From: Candidatus Tenderia sp.
GTDB taxonomy: Bacteria; Pseudomonadota; Gammaproteobacteria; Tenderiales; Tenderiaceae
Direction: 5' to 3'
Assembly: GCA_031416075.1 (NCBI GenBank)
Contig: JANOSY010000017.1
Location: 121,691-153,690, forward strand
Length of the DNA: 32,000 nt
Shown: positions 25,026 through 32,000 of the stretch, piece by piece
Position numbering within the stretch: position 1 is the first letter of the stretch
How the letters are laid out: the number at the start of each line of letters is the position of its first letter
Notes under the pieces: generated by a model
Told to the model about the DNA's origin: nothing
Seen by the model: only the letters and a program-made list of their open reading frames with translations
Databases searched by the model: none
Translations under genes and position numbers: made by a program

Positions 25026-26297
25026 ATGAAATATTTTCTTACAATACTCACTCTGATTGCCACACTCAGCGCACAGGCAGAGCCGGTAAAAATCGACGGC
25101 ATCGCCGCCGTCGTCAATGAAGAGGCGGTTACGCTGAGTGAACTGGATAACGAAATAAAAACCGTCAAAGCCCAGCTGCAACAGCAAAAAAGCAGCCAGC
25201 CCAGCGACGCAGCCCTGCAACGGCAGGTGCTGGAGCGTTTAATTGTCATTCATCTGAAGCAGCAGCTGGCCGACCGTAACAACATCATCATTGATGACGA
25301 GACCCTTAACCGCGCTATCAGCAGCATCGCCAAACAGAACAACATTTCACTGGCACAGTTACGCAATGTAATCGAACGGGACAGTTTTGATTTCAATCTC
25401 TATCGTGAAAACATTCGCCACGAGATTCTCCATACCCGGCTGCGCCAGCGTTATGTCGACAACCGCATCAACATCACCAGCGCCGAGATTGAACTCTTTC
25501 TCAAACAGCAAGAGAAGAGTGGCGGCAATGAAAACGAGTATCAGCTTAACCATATCCTGATCAGCATCCCCGAAGGTGCCAGTGCCGAAACCATTCAAAC
25601 AGCCAAACAGCGCGCCCAAGCCATTCTCGACCGTCTCGCCAAAGGTGAGCCGTTTGCAGAGCTCGCCATCGCCGAATCCGATAGCCAACAGGCGCTGAGC
25701 GGTGGTGACCTTGGCTGGCGCAAACTGGGGGAGATCCCTTCACTCTTTGCCAATATTGTGGTGGATATGAAAAAAGGCGATGTCAGCACACTCATCCGCA
25801 ACCCCAGCGGCTTTCACATCATCAAACTCAACGATGAGCGTGGTGGCGAACGCCACATGGTCAACCAGAGCCACGTTCGCCACATCCTAATCAAGACCGA
25901 TGAGGTCACCGACGACAACGCCGCACTGCACAAAGTCGAAGAGCTGAAATCACGTATCGAACAGGGCGATGACTTTAGTCTCATTGCAAAAGCACACTCC
26001 GATGACAAAGGCAGTGCCACCAAAGGTGGCGACCTCGGCTGGGCCAGCCCCGGTCAAATGGTGCCGGCGTTTGAAAAGGTGATGAACGACATCGCCCCGA
26101 ATAAAATCAGCGACCCCTTCCAGAGTCCGTTTGGCTGGCACATTTTAGAGGTGCTGGAGCGCCGCACTCAGGATGATACTGACCAGTACAAACGCAACAT
26201 CGCCCGTCAACAGCTCTTCGAACGTAAAGTGAGTGAAGAGGAAGAGCTATGGTTACGGCAACTGCGTGATGAAGCGTATGTTGAGATTCGAATTTAG
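25026..26297 (+). CDS. surA: Periplasmic chaperone / PPIase SurA
   Basis: Signal peptide, an N-terminal SurA domain (IDGIAAVVNEEAVTLSELD) and two parvulin domains (HILI...GGDLGW ... GWHI, twice). Confidence 0.93.
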   Translation: MKYFLTILTLIATLSAQAEPVKIDGIAAVVNEEAVTLSELDNEIKTVKAQLQQQKSSQPSDAALQRQVLERLIVIHLKQQLADRNNIIIDDETLNRAISSIAKQNNISLAQLRNVIERDSFDFNLYRENIRHEILHTRLRQRYVDNRINITSAEIELFLKQQEKSGGNENEYQLNHILISIPEGASAETIQTAKQRAQAILDRLAKGEPFAELAIAESDSQQALSGGDLGWRKLGEIPSLFANIVVDMKKGDVSTLIRNPSGFHIIKLNDERGGERHMVNQSHVRHILIKTDEVTDDNAALHKVEELKSRIEQGDDFSLIAKAHSDDKGSATKGGDLGWASPGQMVPAFEKVMNDIAPNKISDPFQSPFGWHILEVLERRTQDDTDQYKRNIARQQLFERKVSEEEELWLRQLRDEAYVEIRI

Positions 26298-26369
26298 CTG
26301 ATCGCCTGATCCCCTTCACTGTCCAATCGGCACCAAAGGGGAACACCATTTAACAGACAGAGTATCGGC

Positions 26370-27368
26370 ATGAACAGACCGCTCAGACTCGCCATCACCC
26401 CCGGAGAACCTGCAGGCATCGGCCCCGACCTGGTTGTCACGCTGGCGCAGCAGCCACACACACATCAGCTCATCGCCATTGCCGATCCTGCACTGCTCAG
26501 CGCCCGTGCACAGCAGTTAGGGTTGCCGCTGACACTCAAAACATTTAATGCCAACGCACCTATTGAGTCACACCAACCCGGCGTACTTGACATACTGCCC
26601 GTTGCACTACACAACGCAACCACACCGGGCCATCTTGATGTCAATAACGCCAGCTACGTACTGGAGACGTTACGCCAGGCAACACTCGGCTGCATGCATG
26701 GCCAGTTTGATGCACTCATCACCGCCCCCGTACACAAAGGGGTTATTAACGATGCAGGCATTAAATTCAGCGGCCACACGGAATTTCTTGCGGAACTCAC
26801 ACAGACACCACAAGTGGTCATGATGCTGGCCACCCCCGGCCTGCGCGTAGCATTGGCAACCACACACCTGCCCCTGCGCCAAGTAGCCGATGCCATTACC
26901 CAACCGCTACTGGAAGATGTGATTACTGTTCTGAACAACGCGCTGATCAATCAGTTTGGCATCCCGCAGCCGCATATTTTTGTCTGCGGCCTTAATCCAC
27001 ACGCCGGTGAAAATGGCCATCTCGGCCACGAAGATGAAGAGATTGTCGCCCCTGTATTGGAACGTTTACGTTGCAAAGGGGTGCGCCTGACTGGCCCGCT
27101 GCCCGCCGACACACTTTTTGTGCCTAAATATCTCAACCATGCCGATGCGGTACTGGCCATGTATCACGACCAGGGATTGCCTGTGCTCAAACACAAAGGG
27201 TTTGGCAACGCCGTTAACGTCACTCTTGGCCTGCCAATCATTCGCACCTCCGTTGATCACGGTACCGCGCTGGAGCTGGCGGGCACTGGCAGAGCCGACA
27301 GCGGCAGCCTCGCCTACGCGATTACTATTGCCATCGAGATGGCACAACAGAAGAGCTTCGCCTCATGA
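26370..27368 (+). CDS. pdxA: 4-hydroxythreonine-4-phosphate dehydrogenase PdxA
   Basis: [42 protein letters not shown] and the [11 protein letters not shown] motifs. Confidence 0.95.
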   Translation: MNRPLRLAITPGEPAGIGPDLVVTLAQQPHTHQLIAIADPALLSARAQQLGLPLTLKTFNANAPIESHQPGVLDILPVALHNATTPGHLDVNNASYVLETLRQATLGCMHGQFDALITAPVHKGVINDAGIKFSGHTEFLAELTQTPQVVMMLATPGLRVALATTHLPLRQVADAITQPLLEDVITVLNNALINQFGIPQPHIFVCGLNPHAGENGHLGHEDEEIVAPVLERLRCKGVRLTGPLPADTLFVPKYLNHADAVLAMYHDQGLPVLKHKGFGNAVNVTLGLPIIRTSVDHGTALELAGTGRADSGSLAYAITIAIEMAQQKSFAS

Positions 27369-28174
27369 ACCAACAAAATGACAGCCATCGCGCCCGCAAA
27401 CGTTTTGGTCAAAACTTCTTACATGATCAACAAATCATTCAACGCATTGTCAGTTCACTCAGGGCCAAGCCCAGTGACCGTGTTGTGGAAATTGGCCCAG
27501 GACTCGGCGCACTTACACAACCATTGATCGACATTGTTGGCAAAATTGATGTCGTTGAGATCGATCGTGATCTGGTCGCACGGCTGCAACAGCACTACTC
27601 ACCCGAGGTGATGACCATCCACAGCCATGATGCATTGAAGTTCGATTTCCACACACTGGTAACCGCTGGTGAGAAGCTTCGCATCATCGGCAACTTACCC
27701 TACAACATCTCCACTCCACTGCTGTTTCATCTCATGGAGCAACTCGATGTTGTGCAGGATATTCATTGCATGTTGCAAAAAGAGGTTGTTGAACGTATGG
27801 CGGCAAAACCCGGCGACAGCGCTTACGGCAGGCTTAGTATCATGCTGCAATACCATTGCGATGTGGTGAAACTTTTCAACGTTGGTCCGGGGGCATTTCA
27901 TCCGGCACCCAAAGTTGACTCCGCCGTAGCGCGACTCACACCGCACACCACTAAACCCACACATGTCAACGATGAAAAAATATTTAGTAAAGTTGTCAAT
28001 CAGGCCTTTAGCCAACGCCGTAAAACATTACGCAACTGTCTTAAAACATTGCTAAGCACCGAACAGATCGAATCATGCAACATAGATCCAACGGCACGCC
28101 CAGAGACGCTCTCACTGTCTGACTTCGCCAAACTTAGCAACATCACCGTAGACTCACCAGACACATCCAAGTGA
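27365..28174 (+). CDS. rsmA: 16S rRNA (adenine1518/1519-N6)-dimethyltransferase RsmA/KsgA
   Basis: [40 protein letters not shown]. It overlaps the pdxA stop. Confidence 0.95.
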   Translation: MNQQNDSHRARKRFGQNFLHDQQIIQRIVSSLRAKPSDRVVEIGPGLGALTQPLIDIVGKIDVVEIDRDLVARLQQHYSPEVMTIHSHDALKFDFHTLVTAGEKLRIIGNLPYNISTPLLFHLMEQLDVVQDIHCMLQKEVVERMAAKPGDSAYGRLSIMLQYHCDVVKLFNVGPGAFHPAPKVDSAVARLTPHTTKPTHVNDEKIFSKVVNQAFSQRRKTLRNCLKTLLSTEQIESCNIDPTARPETLSLSDFAKLSNITVDSPDTSK

Positions 28175-28605
28175 AACTTAAAGGACAATTCTGGTCAGGC
28201 TGGTATACAGCCCTGCTGCTTACTGCGGGTGTGGTTTTTATAATCATCGAACTGCCACAAGGCTATAGCAGCGATCTCTCTATCATCGGCCAGGGTAAAG
28301 ATGCAATTGTCATTGTTCACGATAGCAAAAGTTTCCCCAGTGTCGAGTTTCTCAGTCGCATGAATGTCATTCGTGACAAACATAAACAGCACGTAGTTTT
28401 TTCCGTGGCTGACATTAAAGAGAAGGCCGGGGCTGAATTTGCACAAGAGCATAGCGCAAAACCACCATCACTCCTGCTCTTCACCGCTGACGGCACGCCA
28501 TTAGGCAACATCAGCGGAAATCGCTCTTCTGATGTCATACTAAACTCTATTGAAAATAGATTTCAGTGGCCACATAACCAGCCGAAGCAATCAACTACAT
28601 TTTAA
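28171..28605 (+). CDS. Membrane-anchored thioredoxin-fold-like protein lacking the CxxC cysteines
   Basis: One N-terminal TM helix (WYTALLLTAGVVFIIIEL). The layout AIVIVHDSKSFPS...VVFSVADIKE...KPPSLLLFTADGTPLG parallels thioredoxin (WCGPC ... IPTLLLFKNGE), with SFPS in place of CGPC. GTG start overlaps the rsmA stop. AT-rich. Confidence 0.45.
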   Translation: MKLKGQFWSGWYTALLLTAGVVFIIIELPQGYSSDLSIIGQGKDAIVIVHDSKSFPSVEFLSRMNVIRDKHKQHVVFSVADIKEKAGAEFAQEHSAKPPSLLLFTADGTPLGNISGNRSSDVILNSIENRFQWPHNQPKQSTTF

Positions 28606-28706
28606 TAACCCAAAAAAATTAACAATCTACCATTCACTTTTCTACTTTTCACTTTCTCAAAGAGCCAATATTTAGCCTATAAACCTCACAAATACTCAGT
28701 AGAGAC

Positions 28707-28723
28707 AATCTGATATTCAGATT
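28707..28723. promoter_or_regulatory. Palindromic candidate operator AATCTGA-TAT-TCAGATT upstream of the FadL-like gene
   Basis: Perfect 7-bp inverted repeat with a 3-nt spacer at 28707-28723. A third AATCTGA half-site lies at 28744-28750. All fall in the AT-rich 220-bp leader before ATG 28825. Confidence 0.35.
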
Positions 28724-28824
28724 TTATCTTACGTATAAAAATTAAATCTGAGACCAATCTCTATTTACCTTTACACTCTCAGCCCTGCGCTCCAAAGCAG
28801 TTAAAAGGATGACAGGACAACTTT

Positions 28825-30282
28825 ATGAACCACTTTCCATTACGGCGCACCATCGCCCTGCTCTCTCTGGCACCGTTTTCTGCCCTTGCCACCAATGGCA
28901 TGAACCTGGAAGGATACGGCCCCATTGCATTAGGTATGGGGGGAACCTCATTTGCTTTCGACAACGGCACAGCGGCAGTCATCAATAATCCTGCCACATT
29001 GGGGTTAATGGAACGTTCAAGCCAGCTCGACCTGGCCATTGGTTTTTTAGGCCCCGATGTCAGCTCCACACACACCGCCAGTGGCATGCGTGCTGACTCA
29101 TCTGCCGACGGTTTCTACATGCCCGCAGTTGGCTGGGCCACAGGCTCGGGTCCCTGGACCTCTGGCGTGGCGCTGTTTGGCCAGGGCGGTATGGGCACAG
29201 AGTTCTCCAGCAGCAGTTTTATGTCTAATCCCGGCGGCATGTCACCCTCACCCGATCTGATTAACCGTTCAGAGGTGAGTCTGGGCCGTGCAATAGCGCC
29301 GCTTGTCTACGCCGTAAACCCCCGGCTTCAGGTTGGCGGCAGTATTGATTTTGTCTGGGCGGGAATGGACCTGCGGATGGCAATGAGCGAGTCACAATTT
29401 CAAGATCTGGCCAACCCCTCCAGTCGTCAATATGGATCTGCCTCCGGCTCCATGGTCAACGCCTTCGGGGCGATGTACGAACCCTTTGGTGGCTCGGGCA
29501 TTAACAAGCTTTACCACGCTTATTTCGACTTCAGCAATGACAACGACTTTTCCGGCAAGGCACGTGGATATGGTTTAGGTGCAAAACTGGGGCTGACGTA
29601 CCAGATGAATCCCAAAGTCACCCTCGGTGCAACCTACCACGCTAAAACCTGGCTCAATGATCTCACCACCAACGACGCGCAGATGAGCATGGCCGTCAAC
29701 GGTGATGAAGGGCTTCTCACCACGGGCACACCTTCTGGAAGTGATGTCGACAAGATCATCAACCTGACTGGGCAGATCGCCGTCAAAAACTTTGAATGGC
29801 CCGCCATCACAGGCATTGGTTTTGCCTTTCGGCCCACAGGTGAATGGCTACTGGCCGCGGACTACAAACGGATCTTCTGGTCAGATGTGATGGATAATTT
29901 CAGCATGACCTTCACCGCCGCCAATCAGACAAGCAATGGCGGCTTTGCCGGAAAACAGCTCGACGCTACCCTTTACCAGCGCTGGCAGGATCAAGATGTA
30001 ATTGCACTGGGCGCAGCCTATCAACTAACAGACACATGGACAGTGCGGGCGGGCGCAAACTTTGGTGACAACCCGATCCCCGACCGTTTTCTGAACGCTC
30101 TATTTCCCGCCACCATTGAAAAGCACTATACTGCCGGGGTTGGTTACCAGATCAATAAACAGAGTGCCATTAACAGCGCCATCAGCATCGCCCCCGAGGC
30201 TCGTTTTATTGCCGCCAACGGCATTGCCAGCCAACACCAGCAACTCAACTGGCAGCTGATGTACTCCCGGCTATGGGAATAG
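28825..30282 (+). CDS. Outer-membrane hydrophobic-compound channel, FadL/TodX (OMPP1) family
   Basis: Signal peptide, then NGMNLEGYGPIALGMGGTSFAFDNGTAAVINNPATLG, the typical N-terminal hatch region of FadL/TodX proteins. 485 aa, beta-barrel-like composition. Confidence 0.8.
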   Translation: MNHFPLRRTIALLSLAPFSALATNGMNLEGYGPIALGMGGTSFAFDNGTAAVINNPATLGLMERSSQLDLAIGFLGPDVSSTHTASGMRADSSADGFYMPAVGWATGSGPWTSGVALFGQGGMGTEFSSSSFMSNPGGMSPSPDLINRSEVSLGRAIAPLVYAVNPRLQVGGSIDFVWAGMDLRMAMSESQFQDLANPSSRQYGSASGSMVNAFGAMYEPFGGSGINKLYHAYFDFSNDNDFSGKARGYGLGAKLGLTYQMNPKVTLGATYHAKTWLNDLTTNDAQMSMAVNGDEGLLTTGTPSGSDVDKIINLTGQIAVKNFEWPAITGIGFAFRPTGEWLLAADYKRIFWSDVMDNFSMTFTAANQTSNGGFAGKQLDATLYQRWQDQDVIALGAAYQLTDTWTVRAGANFGDNPIPDRFLNALFPATIEKHYTAGVGYQINKQSAINSAISIAPEARFIAANGIASQHQQLNWQLMYSRLWE

Positions 30283-30338
30283 TGACACGCAGGTAACATA
30301 TCGATCACCCGATAAATTTGGATTGCAAGGATGCAGTC

Positions 30339-30689
30339 ATGACAATAAAGACCGTACTCACTGATGAAAGACCAGGACGCCCACTTGCGGTCACCCTGTT
30401 AGCCATTGCCGTGACAGCAATGCCTGCCATCACCTTCTCCTTATCTGATAACCACTCTGGCTTTTCTCTCCACTATTTAAGCGCCCAGCCACCAACAGGC
30501 AGCGATAAAACACCGCGCCCGGCCATTATCATCACCGGAAAAACAGACCAGCAGTTAAACACAGAGTTGACACAGGCGGAGCAGGAGCTACAGCAAGCTA
30601 AAACTGAGCGGGAAAAGACACTACGGAGAATCGAGCAGCTCAACAAAATATTAAAAAGAAAACTCGATGAGGCGCAGCTCGCGCAATAA
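30339..30689 (+). CDS. Hypothetical protein with one TM segment and a C-terminal coiled coil
   Basis: ATG 30339 (MTIKTV...) is preferred over TTG 30318. Hydrophobic LAVTLLAIAVTAMPAI, and a charged heptad-like tail (ELTQAEQELQQAKTEREKTLRRIEQLNKILKRKLDEAQ). Confidence 0.5.
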   Translation: MTIKTVLTDERPGRPLAVTLLAIAVTAMPAITFSLSDNHSGFSLHYLSAQPPTGSDKTPRPAIIITGKTDQQLNTELTQAEQELQQAKTEREKTLRRIEQLNKILKRKLDEAQLAQ

Positions 30690-30709
30690 AACAGATCACC
30701 AAAACAGAA

Positions 30710-30731
30710 CAGGGCGACCAAGGCCGCCCTG
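30710..30731. terminator. Hairpin between convergent genes (likely Rho-independent terminator, better for the minus-strand yceI transcript)
   Basis: CAGGGCG-ACCAAGGC-CGCCCTG (7-bp GC-rich stem). On the minus strand it is followed by TTCTGTTTTGGTG. Confidence 0.5.
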
Positions 30732-30755
30732 CTCCAATATAAAAATAGCAATCCA

Positions 30756-31331
30756 CTATTTACGTTCGGCCTCAACCTCAAAGGTCAGCACCATATCGTC
30801 GCCGACCGCAGGCAGTGCGTATTTAACTCCAAAATCTGAACGTTTGATTTTGGCACTGGCATCAAAACCACAGACATAAGCCCCTTTTTTCATGGGGTGA
30901 TCACCGCAGTTAATACGCGCAACCTTAAGGGTTACCGGTTTGGTGGTGCCTGCCAATGTCAACTCCCCCTCAACTGTTGCACTTTTTTTATCGACAATCA
31001 CCACTTTGGTGGATTTATAAGTAATCGTTGGAAACTCGCCCGCGTTCAGGAAATCAGGAGAACGCAGGTGGTCATCACGCTTGGCAAAGCCGGTATTCAC
31101 CGATGCTGCATCAATCTTGATATCAACCGTACCGGTGTTTTTGGCCCAATCAATCGTCAATGCCCCTTCTGTTTTATCAAAACGCCCCTGCATGGTTGAG
31201 AAACCAAGATGGCTAATCGCAAAGTGTGGATAGGTGTGGGTCGGGTCGATGGTGTACTGCTCCGCAGCATTAACCAGAACCGGAGCCGAAACGGCGCTCA
31301 TCATTGCCACTGCCAGATAGATCTTACGCAT
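30756..31331 (-). CDS. yceI: YceI-family periplasmic polyisoprenoid-binding protein
   Basis: From the internal ATG: signal peptide MRKIYLAVAMMSAVSAPVLVNA, then YTIDPTHTYPHFAISHLGFSTMQGRFDK and the FLNAGEFPTITYKS motifs typical of YceI. Confidence 0.85.
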   Translation of the reverse strand: MRKIYLAVAMMSAVSAPVLVNAAEQYTIDPTHTYPHFAISHLGFSTMQGRFDKTEGALTIDWAKNTGTVDIKIDAASVNTGFAKRDDHLRSPDFLNAGEFPTITYKSTKVVIVDKKSATVEGELTLAGTTKPVTLKVARINCGDHPMKKGAYVCGFDASAKIKRSDFGVKYALPAVGDDMVLTFEVEAERK

Positions 31332-31372
31332 AGTATTTTCCTCTTTTGAGTTAAAAAAATAGTGCCAGAACA

Positions 31373-32000
31373 TTAAATAGGTGGCGCGCCCAGGTCACGC
31401 CAGGTCAGATAGATTGCAACACCAGCGGGTAACACCGCCATCACTACCCGTACCACCAGCTGCACAAACAACGGCCAGCGTGCGGATATCGGCAGGCGCA
31501 CCAACAACGGCACCAGCGCCAGCAGCGCCAGTGTATACCAAGGCAGCTTGGAGTAGACCATAGCACCCACACCCAGTAGCGCCGTCACTGCCACCAGCGG
31601 CACCACCATTAGCGCACCGGCAGCCACCGGCCGGCCAAACAGTTGTAACAACAGCCGTGCGCCAATCGCAGCGGCGATGGCCGAGGCCAGCTGACCGTAG
31701 AGTGCCGTTGCCCCCAGCAGCGCAGTGAGTCCAGTACCCAGCGCCAACGCAAAAATCATACTGTCGGCCTGTACCGGTTTATCTTTCAGCCCAACGCTGG
31801 CGGCAACCAGCCAACCGACATAGGCACTGCCCGCCACTGCCAGCAACCAGACCGGCCACGCATCAAAACTATTAATACGTGGCCACAACAACCAGAGGCA
31901 CGCGGCCGCACCCGCGACAAACAGCAGCCCCGGCGCCAGTCGTCGCCACCGTACCAGATCAAGCAACAGCCCCAGCACCACCGCACCGCAACCCAGTAAT
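31373..32000 (-). CDS. Polytopic Ala/Leu-rich inner-membrane protein of unknown function (may extend beyond the window)
   Basis: 202+ aa consisting almost entirely of hydrophobic helices. The frame stays open upstream of GTG 31981 to the window edge. It has no histidines, so it is not the cytochrome b561 often paired with yceI. Confidence 0.5.
   Translation of the reverse strand, partial: LLGCGAVVLGLLLDLVRWRRLAPGLLFVAGAAACLWLLWPRINSFDAWPVWLLAVAGSAYVGWLVAASVGLKDKPVQADSMIFALALGTGLTALLGATALYGQLASAIAAAIGARLLLQLFGRPVAAGALMVVPLVAVTALLGVGAMVYSKLPWYTLALLALVPLLVRLPISARWPLFVQLVVRVVMAVLPAGVAIYLTWRDLGAPPI

Overview
The window looks like gammaproteobacterial chromosome, with mostly GC-rich core genes (roughly 55-60% GC by hand count on sample lines). 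It contains three blocks. (1) 1-1902: the 3' end of a hybrid sensor kinase plus a REC-LuxR response regulator. (2) 6324-19950: a complete urea module, reading porin, urtABCDE, ureD, ureA, ureB, a GNAT gene, ureC, ureE, an inserted GIY-YIG cassette, ureF, ureG. (3) 21563-28174: the conserved envelope locus, with amgK divergent from lptD-surA-pdxA-rsmA. This is followed by a FadL/TodX-type outer-membrane channel, a YceI protein and membrane proteins. Three AT-rich accessory patches (about 40% GC) interrupt the core. Patch 1 (1903-5800) has mazEF, an orphan membrane protein, a leaderless Amidase_2 enzyme translationally coupled to a Cys-rich lipoprotein, and a SAM methyltransferase. Patch 2 (14810-15420) is a GNAT inside the urease operon. 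Patch 3 (19951-21566) has an SRPBCC protein and a two-gene module whose larger protein carries an RNxxxH (HEPN-like) motif, sitting where murU normally follows amgK. The best candidates for something undescribed are: (a) a 718-bp cassette between ureE and ureF with nested inverted repeats around a small GIY-YIG nuclease gene, linked to a hairpin-repeat family (core TGAGCCTGTCGAA) seen only in urt/ure intergenic spacers; (b) the HEPN-like two-gene module coupled to amgK; (c) the amidase/lipoprotein pair. I found no rRNA, tRNA, CRISPR array, integrase or transposase. All protein calls rest on motifs I recognised in the supplied translations, not on database searches.
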